Of a stretch of DNA of 64,000 nucleotides, positions 18,171 to 28,285 are shown in pieces. The notes under the pieces are model-generated. The model was not told where the DNA came from. It did not search any database and saw nothing but the letters and a program-made list of their open reading frames with translations. Each line of letters begins with the position of its first letter. Positions within the stretch are counted from its first letter, which is position 1. The position numbers were made by a program, and so were the translations under genes. The stretch is from the NCBI GenBank assembly GCA_030950985.1, contig JAUZQM010000041.1:10379-74378 (forward strand). The letters are read 5' to 3'. This DNA comes from Mariprofundaceae bacterium (GTDB lineage: Bacteria > Pseudomonadota > Zetaproteobacteria > Mariprofundales > Mariprofundaceae).

Positions 18171-19034
18171 TTAAACTGAAAGTGCAATAAATCCCAAACA
18201 ATAGAGCAAACCCACACGGTGAGATTTCAAGAAAAAATCAAAGCCCCAAGATTCGCCACGCTTCCATAAGACAAGGCAAAGGTAGCTTTGATAACAAGCC
18301 GCCAATAACCATCCAAGTTGCACAGCTGTTGTGAAAAACAAGGCAACCCCACCCAATAAACCAATCACACATAACGCCAAACCAATAATCGCCAACACTG
18401 CTTTGTCTCCAAACCAAATAGCGGTTGATTTCACACCAATACTTACATCATCGGCTCGATCCCCTAAAGCATAGGCAGTATCATACGATAACGACCAACA
18501 AATATTGGCGACAAATAACAACCACGGTACGGGAGAATCCATCAAACTTCCCATTTCGGCTGCCCAAGCCATCACCGCACCCCAGCCAAATGCCATACCT
18601 AACCACGCTTGTGGAAAATATGTATAACGTTTCATAAAGGGATAAAATGCCGCCAAAATGACCGCCACCACAGACAATTCAATCACCAACCATGAACATT
18701 GAAACACCAAAGCCAATGCCAATAAAAGCATGCTAAAAAATCCGATTAATGCGGCTCTGGGCGAGATTCTCCCTGCTGCAATGGGGCGTTGTTGGGTGCG
18801 TTCCACATGTGGGTCAAAATCACGATCCGCATAATCATTGATGATGCAACCTGCTGAACGCATCAGTACAACACCACCCACAAACACAAGTATATTCAAG
18901 CCAGAAGGTTGCCCCGATGATGCCGCCAAAAGTCCCCATAAAGTTGGCCATAACAACAGCCAATAACCCACGGGCTTATCCACACGCATCAATTGCAACC
19001 AGTCTTTCACTGTTCCAACAGAGAATAAACTCAT
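18171..19034 (-). CDS. ubiA: 4-hydroxybenzoate polyprenyltransferase
   Basis: 287 aa polytopic protein with the 'NDYADRDFD' motif and a second Asp-rich motif 'YDTAYALGDRADD'. Confidence 0.9.
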   Translation of the reverse strand: MSLFSVGTVKDWLQLMRVDKPVGYWLLLWPTLWGLLAASSGQPSGLNILVFVGGVVLMRSAGCIINDYADRDFDPHVERTQQRPIAAGRISPRAALIGFFSMLLLALALVFQCSWLVIELSVVAVILAAFYPFMKRYTYFPQAWLGMAFGWGAVMAWAAEMGSLMDSPVPWLLFVANICWSLSYDTAYALGDRADDVSIGVKSTAIWFGDKAVLAIIGLALCVIGLLGGVALFFTTAVQLGWLLAACYQSYLCLVLWKRGESWGFDFFLKSHRVGLLYCLGFIALSV

Positions 19035-19570
19035 CGAGTGCTACTCAAACGTTGAATTTCTTGCCAAAATTCAGGTCTAAAAATTTCCACCACCAACGCT
19101 TGTGTCCCGACAGACGAACGCAACACAGAGCGTCTGCCCCATCGTCCGTCAGCCAATTGAGTAATGCTTAAATCAGAACGTGCTAAAGATAAACCACGTT
19201 CCGCCAGAAGGTTTGCCAAAGGTTTGATACCGGCTTCCAGTTCTGTAATCAGGACTGCTGGCAAATCATGCAAAGGCAACACTGATTCCGCATCAAACAT
19301 CACAGCACCTTGATAACACAAGGATACTTGCCGACGCAACGCATAATCACCCTGCTGACAATGCAGAAGTTCAGCTTCATCTTGTGAAACTTTATCCATA
19401 AATTGTTCATGCAACTGAACCTTTAACGGCATCGAACATTGTTTTTCTAAGAAATTGGTCAGTGTTGTGGTCACGGTCAATACGACTTTGAGTGATTGTT
19501 GATGTCTACCTTCTGCCAACCAATCTCGAACCAAACGCCAATCTTCATTTTTCCATTGATTTACAAACAT
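19031..19570 (-). CDS. ubiC: Chorismate pyruvate-lyase
   Basis: 179 aa. 4-nt overlap with the ubiA start in the conserved ubiC-ubiA arrangement. Size and overall pattern fit the chorismate lyase family, but sequence motifs are weak. Confidence 0.6.
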   Translation of the reverse strand: MFVNQWKNEDWRLVRDWLAEGRHQQSLKVVLTVTTTLTNFLEKQCSMPLKVQLHEQFMDKVSQDEAELLHCQQGDYALRRQVSLCYQGAVMFDAESVLPLHDLPAVLITELEAGIKPLANLLAERGLSLARSDLSITQLADGRWGRRSVLRSSVGTQALVVEIFRPEFWQEIQRLSSTR

Positions 19571-19642
19571 GATCGCATCATGTGTGCAGACTAGCTACGG
19601 TCAAGCTTGCGGTTTGCCAAGATTTTCGCTGCAATGGGCAAT

Positions 19643-20362
19643 ATGCCACATTGCCGAATTTTTTTCCCACAACCATTAGCACTTCATACCAGCCTTCCTA
19701 TTGCTGAAAATATCACCCATTACCTCCGTCACGTCATGCGTTTACATGAAGGTGATTTCATGACTGTTTTTGATGGGCAAGGAGGAGAGTATCAAGCCCG
19801 CATTGAACATCTTTCGAAACAACATGCGAGCTGCTACCTCACCTCTTTTGAGGATGTTTGCCGTGAACTTCCAATCCCCATCCATATTATTCAATGTGCC
19901 AATAAAAGTGAAAAAATTGAAATAGTGTTGCAAAAAGGTACGGAATTGGGAGCCGCCAGCTTCCATATTGCCACTAGTCAACGCTCTGTTCTTAAACTAT
20001 CAGGTATCAAACTCAACAAAAGATTAGAGCGATGGCAACGTATAATCATTGAAGCTGCCGAACAAAGTGAGCGCACCTGTATCCCTGAACTTCATTGGCA
20101 TCCACATTTATCAGACATCCCTTCTTTTGAGCATGGCTATGCTTTGCACCCTCATCAATCGACACCTTGGCAGAAACTAAGAGAACATCTTTGCCAAGCT
20201 CACTCCCTTGCGTATGCCATTGGTCCTGAAGGTGGTTGGAGCAACGATGATTTAAACGTATTTGCGGGTAAGGGTTTTCAAAATATGTCGTTCGGATCAC
20301 GAATCATGCGCACGGAAACAGCCGCACCTGCACTTTTGGCAGCAACACAAGCGTTACTTTAA
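19643..20362 (+). CDS. rsmE: 16S rRNA (uracil1498-N3)-methyltransferase
   Basis: 'MPHCRIFFPQPL' aligns with the RsmE N-terminus. 'AIGPEGGWS' and 'LGSRIMRTETA' are C-terminal SPOUT motifs. The ORF-track start (TTG at 19607) is probably too far upstream. Confidence 0.85.
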   Translation: MPHCRIFFPQPLALHTSLPIAENITHYLRHVMRLHEGDFMTVFDGQGGEYQARIEHLSKQHASCYLTSFEDVCRELPIPIHIIQCANKSEKIEIVLQKGTELGAASFHIATSQRSVLKLSGIKLNKRLERWQRIIIEAAEQSERTCIPELHWHPHLSDIPSFEHGYALHPHQSTPWQKLREHLCQAHSLAYAIGPEGGWSNDDLNVFAGKGFQNMSFGSRIMRTETAAPALLAATQALL

Positions 20363-20396
20363 GGATGTTATGAGCTTTGATGAAAAAAAAACGTCA

Positions 20397-21251
20397 TCAG
20401 CGATGCAGCTTTTCAGGCTTCTCCACCGACTTTGATGTCGCCATTAAATCCGCATGAATACGGTCAAAAGCAAGGTAAGCTTTGCGGGTTTCGTCTTTGG
20501 GTATATTTTTACGCAACCAGTGAATTAAATCCGTCCACATTTTCATACTTTGAGCATGACTCGGCATAATGCCTGCATACGGAAGTTCAACAGTTACGAC
20601 TGGAATCCGATGTTGCACCCCTGCTGAATTACCCAAAGAACCAGGATATGTACCAATCAAATGTAAGTGAAGTATGCCCAATTTTCTAGGGCCATGCGGT
20701 GGACCATCAAAATCCAAGACACCATAAGGCGCATGAACCGATACAATCACATCAGGTTGAAAACGCTTAATTTCTTGGTAAAGCCAAGCACTTTCAGGTT
20801 CGCTCAAAGCTTCAGAACCAGGGTAACGGCGTGGGTCATGTCTTGTTTTATGCCAATAAGCGGTAGTGCGTTGCTGCCAGAAAGGTGTCGGCATATTTCG
20901 ATTTAAATCGACTCCATGCGCATTCAAGCGTGACGAATGTCGTTGCAATAAACCATCGGGATTCAATAACGGAACAACATGCCAATGAAACAAGCCCGAA
21001 TGATGTCGGTTCAATATCTTCATCCAACGAAACATGATGCTGACAGCAGCATATTCATCACCATGCGTTCCGCCAATGAATAACACACGTCCTTGTGGCG
21101 TTCGTTTTTTTAGCAAAGGTGGGTATTCCTTGATTAAAATACTTTGCCCATTGACGGAACGTCCAGCACTATCCTTCAAGCCTTGTTGTAAACATTGATG
21201 CACACTCACACTACCTAATTTATGCCCAATGCGAAGGCATTCATCATGCAC
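20397..21251 (-). CDS. M14-family zinc carboxypeptidase, MpaA (murein peptide amidase)-like
   Basis: 'FIGGTHGDEY' (HxxE zinc ligands), 'DLNRN' and 'VSVHAPYG' are M14 signatures. No obvious signal peptide. Confidence 0.7.
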   Translation of the reverse strand: MHDECLRIGHKLGSVSVHQCLQQGLKDSAGRSVNGQSILIKEYPPLLKKRTPQGRVLFIGGTHGDEYAAVSIMFRWMKILNRHHSGLFHWHVVPLLNPDGLLQRHSSRLNAHGVDLNRNMPTPFWQQRTTAYWHKTRHDPRRYPGSEALSEPESAWLYQEIKRFQPDVIVSVHAPYGVLDFDGPPHGPRKLGILHLHLIGTYPGSLGNSAGVQHRIPVVTVELPYAGIMPSHAQSMKMWTDLIHWLRKNIPKDETRKAYLAFDRIHADLMATSKSVEKPEKLHR

Positions 21252-21414
21252 GGCTTGGCTACTTGCTTAAGCTTCCGATATATACAAAAAAGCACCATAA
21301 AAAATTAAAAAATATTTCAATATCATCGTGTGAAGCGTAAGGATTTTTCTGTCATGTTCCACTGCTACATTCGCAGCGATTGAAAAACATATATAGATGG
21401 GATAGAAACGTGCC

Positions 21415-22236
21415 ATGAACGCTTCTTTTCTTTTCCCTCTTGCTGGTATTTTTACCTTAATCAGTGCCTACTTAATTTGGCAAAAAGCCTATCGCAAAGA
21501 TCATCTTAGCGAGTCTCGTACTGAAGCTTTGTTGCTAACATTACAAAGTATTTCAGCCATACTTACGACACTCGGCATTGTCTTGCTTCACCCCATTGAA
21601 GCACAAAATATTCATTTTAGTTTAATAGAAGCCACAGCTAGTGCCACGTTATTGGTTCAATTGATGTATATTTTCGGCTTATTTCGGCATGGCATTCAAG
21701 GTTTAGGTCTCTTTTTATTACCTGTAATTGCCCTGCCCTTATTATTTGCCCCATTTTTACCCATTGATGCCTCAACCCAACCCATTCACACCTCATCCAT
21801 CTTAGAAACAGGACATTTGCTTATCTCCATGATTGCTTATGCAGTACTCACCATGGCCGCTTTTCATGCCGTGATGCTTCTACTGTTGGATCAAGCATTA
21901 AAACGTAAAACCATTCACCCCGTGATTCAAGCCATGCCACCACTAATGTCGCTTGAAACATTAATGATGAGTTTGCTTCGTTGGTCGGTTTGGTTGTTAT
22001 TGTTCAGTATTTTAACGGGACTTGTATGGCAGTGGGTTGATTTCTCAAACTTTGCCATATTGAATCATAAGGTTCTTTTGGCGTTATTTTCTTTTGGCTT
22101 ACTTTCTTGGCTCATTCAGCAACAACACAAAGGTATTTGGCATGCTCGTCGAACCAGTCAACTGCTATTGGTGGCATATGTGCTGATGTTATTGGCTTAT
22201 TTTGGCGTGCATTTAATCAAAGCTTGGGTGGGCTAA
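21415..22236 (+). CDS. CcsA/YpjD-like cytochrome c assembly family inner membrane protein
   Basis: 273 aa with 8 hydrophobic helices. It sits directly upstream of a YfjD/CorC-type gene, as with E. coli ypjD-yfjD. Confidence 0.65.
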   Translation: MNASFLFPLAGIFTLISAYLIWQKAYRKDHLSESRTEALLLTLQSISAILTTLGIVLLHPIEAQNIHFSLIEATASATLLVQLMYIFGLFRHGIQGLGLFLLPVIALPLLFAPFLPIDASTQPIHTSSILETGHLLISMIAYAVLTMAAFHAVMLLLLDQALKRKTIHPVIQAMPPLMSLETLMMSLLRWSVWLLLFSILTGLVWQWVDFSNFAILNHKVLLALFSFGLLSWLIQQQHKGIWHARRTSQLLLVAYVLMLLAYFGVHLIKAWVG

Positions 22237-22261
22237 GGCTTTTCCAGAAATCTAAATAACC

Positions 22262-23530
22262 ATGGAAAATTTTGCTTTATCCTTCCCAATTGCTTTAACC
22301 CTTCTATTTATTTTATTGCTGTTATCTGCGTTTTTTTCCAGTTCTGAAACAGCTTTAACCCGTGCCAGACGCGCACGTTTACGCATATTGGGTGAGCAAG
22401 GTAGCCGTGGCGCTCAATCCGCAGAAAATCTTTTAAAAGAACCTGAAAAAATGCTTTCCGCTATTTTATTGGGCAATAATTTTGTAAATTTTGCAGCCTC
22501 CAGTTTAACAGCGGCTATTTTTGTAGCTGCTTTTGGTGATGCTGGTATTTTATATGCGACACTAACGATGACTGTCGTGGTCTTTGCCGAAGTATTGCCC
22601 AAAACCATTGCTGTTGCTTATGCTGAAACCATTGCCTGTAAAGTTGCCTTACCTTTAAAATGGCTTCTTTATCTCTTTCATCCCATTATTTTCATGTTGA
22701 TGTATGCCATCGACTTCATGAAATATGTTTTGCATGTTCCCAAGCATCAAGAAGTCGGATTTAGCCATCAAGAGCTTGCGACCATGGTTGATATGAGTGC
22801 TGAATCAGGTTTACTGGATGATGCGCGTGAACAAATGCTTGCCAGTAGCTTGAGTTTGCATGAAGTGCCTGTGAAACAGCTGATGACACCGCGTAAAAAC
22901 ATGATCATGTTGGATGGTGCAATGTCGGTGAAGGATTGCCAACACATCGCCTTGAATCAACCGCATTCTCGTTTCCCCGTTTTTCTATCTCAACAAGATA
23001 ATATCATTGGTATTATTCATTTGCGTGAACTCATCAAACTGCAAGATGAAGAACAAAGCCTTGCCCATGCCACCATTTGGAAAACGCCTCTTTATACACC
23101 TGCCAACCGTCATGCTTTAAGTCAGCTGTTTGATTTTCAGAACCAACATCAACATCTAGCTATTGTGGTGGATGAACTTGGGGATATTGAAGGTTTGATT
23201 ACCTTGGAAGATATTTTAGAAGAAATTGTCGGCGAAATTGTCGATGAATCGGATATTCCAGTATCTTCAGAAATCTGGCAACAACCCGATGGTTCTTTGG
23301 TAGTCACTGCCACCGCGAATGTTCATGATATCAATCAACTATTAGATAGTGATTTACCTGAGACAGGTGCGACCACCGTGGGTGGTTTGATGGTTGAAAT
23401 TTTAGGTAAACAACCTGATAGCCTTGTAAGCTTAGCCGTTGAACAACTTCATTTGGAAATTCTAAGTATCGAAGATCATTGGGTTCAGCGTATTCGCATT
23501 AACAAAGCAGATCAGCGCAAGCGTTCCTGA
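22262..23530 (+). CDS. CNNM/HlyC/CorC family transporter (DUF21-CBS pair-CorC_HlyC)
   Basis: 422 aa. N-terminal DUF21 membrane domain ('SSSETAL', 'LLGNNFVN'), a CBS pair and C-terminal 'GGLMVEILGKQP' transporter-associated domain. Confidence 0.85.
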   Translation: MENFALSFPIALTLLFILLLLSAFFSSSETALTRARRARLRILGEQGSRGAQSAENLLKEPEKMLSAILLGNNFVNFAASSLTAAIFVAAFGDAGILYATLTMTVVVFAEVLPKTIAVAYAETIACKVALPLKWLLYLFHPIIFMLMYAIDFMKYVLHVPKHQEVGFSHQELATMVDMSAESGLLDDAREQMLASSLSLHEVPVKQLMTPRKNMIMLDGAMSVKDCQHIALNQPHSRFPVFLSQQDNIIGIIHLRELIKLQDEEQSLAHATIWKTPLYTPANRHALSQLFDFQNQHQHLAIVVDELGDIEGLITLEDILEEIVGEIVDESDIPVSSEIWQQPDGSLVVTATANVHDINQLLDSDLPETGATTVGGLMVEILGKQPDSLVSLAVEQLHLEILSIEDHWVQRIRINKADQRKRS

Positions 23531-24207
23531 ACCATCAGTAAATCTTCCCACATCACTTGTTTTTGACGTGGTGAGCGTAAAAGGTAAAGCGGATGATACA
23601 ACACACGAACAGGCACATCTTGATAATCATGCCATTGACCGCGTAAATCATGCAAGGGCTTGTCAGATTGAAGCACCATTTGAGCAGCAACGCGCCCCAT
23701 TAAAAGAATTACTTTCGGTTGAATCCAGTGAATTTTTTGTTGCAACCATGGTTGACATGCTTCCCATTCTTGTTCATTCGGATCTCGATGATCGGGCGTA
23801 GCACATTGAATAATCGGTGTCACATACACCTGCTCACGTTGCAGCCCCATTGCCATCAACATCTGATTCAATAATAGGCTAGAATCCTCTGTAAAGACAT
23901 CATCTTGAGCATGATGATCAACATGTGGCACATCAGCAACCAGTAAGATATCTGCATGTTTATTACCCGAACCAAAACTCACACAAGATCGCATGGATGC
24001 TAAATTACACTGTTCACAAGCCAACGCTTGTTGTTTCAATGTTTCTAAATTCGTGATGGAATTTTCTATTTCAACAAGCTTTTCAACAGGCTTGTTGACA
24101 GCTTGTTGAATATTTTTTTCTCGCTCAAGCGCAGAAAAAAGAAGGGAAACAGGTGTTTTTACACCTATTTCCCTTAAATATATATCTAAAGTCTTAGAAT
24201 CGAACAT
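23512..24207 (-). CDS. Uracil-DNA glycosylase family 4-like protein (divergent active-site motif)
   Basis: 231 aa. 'CEQCNL...R...V.G.G' with two later Cys residues fits the 4Fe-4S ligand pattern, and 'YHPLYLLRSP' is motif B. The canonical GE(A/Q)PG position reads 'ADVPH'. Confidence 0.6.
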   Translation of the reverse strand: MFDSKTLDIYLREIGVKTPVSLLFSALEREKNIQQAVNKPVEKLVEIENSITNLETLKQQALACEQCNLASMRSCVSFGSGNKHADILLVADVPHVDHHAQDDVFTEDSSLLLNQMLMAMGLQREQVYVTPIIQCATPDHRDPNEQEWEACQPWLQQKIHWIQPKVILLMGRVAAQMVLQSDKPLHDLRGQWHDYQDVPVRVLYHPLYLLRSPRQKQVMWEDLLMVQERLR

Positions 24208-24231
24208 GCTATCTCAAGACTCTGATTTTAA

Positions 24232-25182
24232 TTAACCTAGCAATGTATCCACAGTTGCATTCGCGCCCAAATAAACAGGCACACGTTGATGCAACGCTTC
24301 AGGTAAAATATCTAGCACTGCGACACCATCGCTACTCATGGATTTTCCACCTGCTTGTTCCATGATAAAGCCCATTGGAATCGCTTCATATAACAAACGT
24401 AATTTACCTGTAACATTGGTTGTATCAGCAGGGTATAAGAAGATACCACCCTTTAGAATAGTACGATGCATATCTGCAACCATCGCACCCACATAACGCA
24501 TACCTAAGCCTGTTTCCTCTTTAAGATTGGCTAATTTACTGCCTATATCATCCGCCCACTTATCAGCGTTGGATTCATTGACAGAATAATAACCACCCGT
24601 TGCAGGAATCGTCATATTTGGATGACTGGATTCAAAACGAGCTGTATTTGGGTTAAAGGTATAACCATTCACACCTTCACCAACAGAACAAACCAACATC
24701 GTTGATGGACCATAAAGAACATAACCCGCAGCAAGAACTTCACGACCACATTGCAAAGTATCTGCAACATTAGGACGATCACTTGCAGCAGATTTACGTT
24801 TCACAATCGAGAAAATAGTGCCAACGGGGCAATCAATATCCAAGTTTGAAGAACCATCCAATGGATCAACCAATACCAAATACTCTGAATCACTGTATTC
24901 TTCAAGAATTAACATGTCTTCTTGTTCTTCAGAAACAAGTGCGCAAACAAAACCAGTCGCACGCATTTGTTCAATAAAAATTTCATCGGAAAGAACGTCT
25001 AAAAGTTGTTGCTGCTCACCTTGAACATTTTGACCACCAGCTTCACCCAATGCGCCACGAAAAACAGCGCTACGTAAAACAGCTGCAATTTCAATTGCTG
25101 CACGCCCTACACCTTGAATGATCGGCATCATGGCTGGGCCATTTCCCCCCTGCTCAACAATATTATTCAATGTCATTGCCAT
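24232..25182 (-). CDS. fbp: Fructose-1,6-bisphosphatase class 1
   Basis: 316 aa. 'DPLDGSSN', 'YVGAMVADMHRTILKGGIFLYP' and 'KLRLLYEAIPM' are FBPase I motifs. Confidence 0.9.
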   Translation of the reverse strand: MAMTLNNIVEQGGNGPAMMPIIQGVGRAAIEIAAVLRSAVFRGALGEAGGQNVQGEQQQLLDVLSDEIFIEQMRATGFVCALVSEEQEDMLILEEYSDSEYLVLVDPLDGSSNLDIDCPVGTIFSIVKRKSAASDRPNVADTLQCGREVLAAGYVLYGPSTMLVCSVGEGVNGYTFNPNTARFESSHPNMTIPATGGYYSVNESNADKWADDIGSKLANLKEETGLGMRYVGAMVADMHRTILKGGIFLYPADTTNVTGKLRLLYEAIPMGFIMEQAGGKSMSSDGVAVLDILPEALHQRVPVYLGANATVDTLLG

Positions 25183-25325
25183 CGTCGTACTCTCCCTTCA
25201 ACACAATCTCAAATCTCGGCGAAGAAGCATAGCGAAATTTACTTAAACTAACAAAATATAGACGCTTTTAAAATCCTGTTCAGAAACACCCCATCGTTTC
25301 CAATGGAGTTAAAACGTGGTGAATC

Positions 25326-26585
25326 TTAACGTCTTCTAGGCTGACGCTTACGTGGTGCAGAGGATTTACCTCGACCACCACCACCACGACGTTGCTGTTG
25401 TTTCGCAAGCGCTTGACGACCTTCTTCTTCCGCAGCTGCATCATCCTCAGCACTGGGTACAAAACCTTCCACCAACACCTTGGGAATCGATTGCTTAATC
25501 AAACGTTCAATACCAATCAATAATTTCTTATCATCCCCAGACAACAAAGATACAGCATCACCTTTATTGCCAGCCCGACCTGTACGACCAATACGATGCA
25601 CATAATCTTCGGCAACATTCGGTAGCTCATAATTCACAACGCAAGGCAATTGATCAATATCCAAACCTCTGGCTGCAATATCTGTTGCCACCAATATTTG
25701 AATTTGTTTCGCCTTAAAACCAGCCAACGCTTTCGTACGCGCTGTTTGACTCTTGTTACCATGAATCGCCGAAGCCGTAAAACCATCTTGTTCCAACTGC
25801 GTGGTCAAACGGTTGGCTCCATGTTTGGTTTTGGTAAAAATCAACACTTGATTCCAATTTCCTTCTTTGATCAAATGCGATAACAAGGCGCGCTTCTTAC
25901 TTTTACTCACAGGATGAACGACCTGTGTAACTTGATGGGACGTTTCATTACGTGCAACTTCAACATATTTCGGCTGATGCAAAAAATTAGCCGCAAGTTT
26001 CTTAATTTCGTTGGAAAATGTTGCCGAAAAAAGAAGGTTTTGACGTGATTTAGGCAACATCTTCAAGACTTTACGAATATCATGAATAAAACCCATATCC
26101 AACATGCGATCTGCTTCATCCAAGACAAAAAATTCGACTTTAGATAAGTTTACTTCACCTTGATTGGCTAAATCCAATAGGCGACCCGGTGTTGCCACCA
26201 AAATGTCCACGCCGCGACGTAATTTCTGAATTTGCGGATTAGCACCAACACCGCCAAAAATAACCAATGAACGCAATGGTAAATAACGACCATACAATGC
26301 AATACTTTCAGCCACTTGCGCCGCTAACTCTCGTGTGGGTGTCAACACCAATGCACGAATGGCAGGTTTGCGCAAGCGTTTATCATGCGTTTTTTGCATC
26401 AAATTCAGCATAGGGAGTGTAAACCCTGCTGTTTTTCCAGTTCCTGTTTGAGCGCCAGCCAGCACATCATGACCATCAAGAATCACTGGAATTGCTTGTG
26501 CTTGTACGGGTGTTGGGGTGGTATAACCTTGATCTTCGACTGCGCGAAGTAATTCATTGGATAAGCCAAATTGTTGAAATGTCAT
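25326..26585 (-). CDS. rhlE: ATP-dependent DEAD-box RNA helicase (RhlE type) with RGG/basic tail
   Basis: Q-motif 'FQQFGL...GYTTPTPVQ', 'AQTGTGKT', 'DEAD', 'SAT' and '[10 protein letters not shown]'. Start is taken at the internal ATG (MTFQQFG). The upstream 26 codons are unlikely to be coding. Confidence 0.9.
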   Translation of the reverse strand: MTFQQFGLSNELLRAVEDQGYTTPTPVQAQAIPVILDGHDVLAGAQTGTGKTAGFTLPMLNLMQKTHDKRLRKPAIRALVLTPTRELAAQVAESIALYGRYLPLRSLVIFGGVGANPQIQKLRRGVDILVATPGRLLDLANQGEVNLSKVEFFVLDEADRMLDMGFIHDIRKVLKMLPKSRQNLLFSATFSNEIKKLAANFLHQPKYVEVARNETSHQVTQVVHPVSKSKKRALLSHLIKEGNWNQVLIFTKTKHGANRLTTQLEQDGFTASAIHGNKSQTARTKALAGFKAKQIQILVATDIAARGLDIDQLPCVVNYELPNVAEDYVHRIGRTGRAGNKGDAVSLLSGDDKKLLIGIERLIKQSIPKVLVEGFVPSAEDDAAAEEEGRQALAKQQQRRGGGGRGKSSAPRKRQPRRR

Positions 26586-26987
26586 GTATATATGTATCCG
26601 TCGCACTGATTGAACACAAAACATCCAACAGAACGATTGCCTGCCGATGATTTTCCACTGCATGTGAAGTGCGATATCATTTAGAAGTTTTCAACCACCA
26701 GTGGGTGGTGAAGGCGGCGCAAGCTGCGTTCATCGCAAGAAAGAACAAGGTATTTTAGACATTCAATGCTTAACGTTTTTGTAATGTTCCAATTCCTTGC
26801 GTCAACGCTTGGCTAATCAGCATGGCTTGTTTGGGTCTCAAGAAAGATAAAAAATTACCCACTTTCTTTTCATCTATGGCTTCCCGTTTAAGATGAGAGA
26901 GTCAGTAAAATAAATAGGTAAAAGAGCATAAAAAAACTGTTAAAAAACAATGAATATATAACGTTCATTGGCAAAGGAGATCACCCC

Positions 26988-28241
26988 ATGAATCAGCGCG
27001 CCAAACAGCAATTCAACATCCAATATCTATTCTTATTGGTTCAACGTATCTATACAAAATTTATGCATGATCATTGCCTTCAACGAGCATCTTCGCTTGC
27101 CTACGCCACCTTGCTTGCCATCGTACCTTTAACTGTCCTTGCCTTTTCTATTTTCGCGAGTTTTCAGGATTTTGATCATCTTGCGCAACGCATTCAAGAC
27201 TCACTGGTGAACTACCTTGTTCCAACCAGTCAACACATGGTCTTAGGTTATCTGAACAGCTTATCGGGAAAATCAACCAGTTTATCTGTATTTGGTATTT
27301 TAGGCTTATTGATTACCATTACAGCCCTACTCACCACCATGGAAGAAGCGTTTAACGATATTTGGCGACTTCAAACAAAACGAAGCCATCTCTCTCGTTT
27401 TATAACCTTTTGGTCTTTAATTACCCTTTCACCACTATTGTTAGGCTTATCCATATCCATCACGTCTTATTTCGCAGCCTTACCCATCATTCATGATGTG
27501 ACCAATCAAACATCGATGTTTCATCACATTCCCTTTCTCATCCCTTGGGTGATTTCATCCTTAGCCATGACCACTTTATACATCGCTTTACCCAATACTT
27601 CCGTGCGTTTACGTCATGCGATGGTTGCAGGTTGTATTGCGGGTGCTTTTTTTGAAGCAGGAAAATTGGGCTTTGCCTTTTACATTACAAAGTTCGCTGA
27701 CTATGAAAAACTATATGGCACACTGGGAACCTTACCCGTGTTTCTTCTCTGGATTTATATTACATGGGTGATTGTCTTGATGGGGGCTGAAATCAATGTT
27801 TGTTTACAGCAAGCCAAGACCTCTGATGGTGATAAAAAAACAACAACACCTCAACAACTCGTGTATTTTCATCATATTCTATATCAAGCAGCCTTAGCTT
27901 TTCAATCAGGTACATCGATTCAAGCCGCTGATATTGCCAAACATTTACACGTCGATGAATCCAATATTATGCCCTATTTCAACATCCTCCAACAGCATCA
28001 TTTAGTACAATGTATCTCTGGAGACGACAATCCATCCAGTCATTGGCAATTGGGCATGGATGCACAAAAGATTACATGGCAAATGATTCACGATATTGTT
28101 TACCCTCAATCGCTAATCTTACCAGAAGGTGCCGTCCTTCCTTGGCATCTTTCATTAAAACAGACCTATCAAAGGCTTGCAGAACAACAACAAAAGCAAC
28201 TTTCTCAGATTAAGTTAGCTGATTTCATTGAAAACACCTAA
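26988..28241 (+). CDS. YihY/BrkB family membrane protein with about 130-aa C-terminal extension
   Basis: 'ASSLAYATLLAIVPL' and 'GTLGTLPVFLLWIYITWVIVLMGAE' are typical YihY (formerly 'RNase BN') motifs across six TM helices. A soluble tail follows. Confidence 0.75.
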   Translation: MNQRAKQQFNIQYLFLLVQRIYTKFMHDHCLQRASSLAYATLLAIVPLTVLAFSIFASFQDFDHLAQRIQDSLVNYLVPTSQHMVLGYLNSLSGKSTSLSVFGILGLLITITALLTTMEEAFNDIWRLQTKRSHLSRFITFWSLITLSPLLLGLSISITSYFAALPIIHDVTNQTSMFHHIPFLIPWVISSLAMTTLYIALPNTSVRLRHAMVAGCIAGAFFEAGKLGFAFYITKFADYEKLYGTLGTLPVFLLWIYITWVIVLMGAEINVCLQQAKTSDGDKKTTTPQQLVYFHHILYQAALAFQSGTSIQAADIAKHLHVDESNIMPYFNILQQHHLVQCISGDDNPSSHWQLGMDAQKITWQMIHDIVYPQSLILPEGAVLPWHLSLKQTYQRLAEQQQKQLSQIKLADFIENT

Positions 28242-28285
28242 AGTTCGCCAACAATCATGTATTTCATCACATACAAAGGATTTTT

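Noticed and set aside
20363-20396. Bidirectional terminator between rsmE and the M14 peptidase (GATGA-A9CG-TCATC).
   Set aside because: The stem is only 5 bp, AT-rich, and partly overlaps the peptidase stop codon. It is too weak to call.
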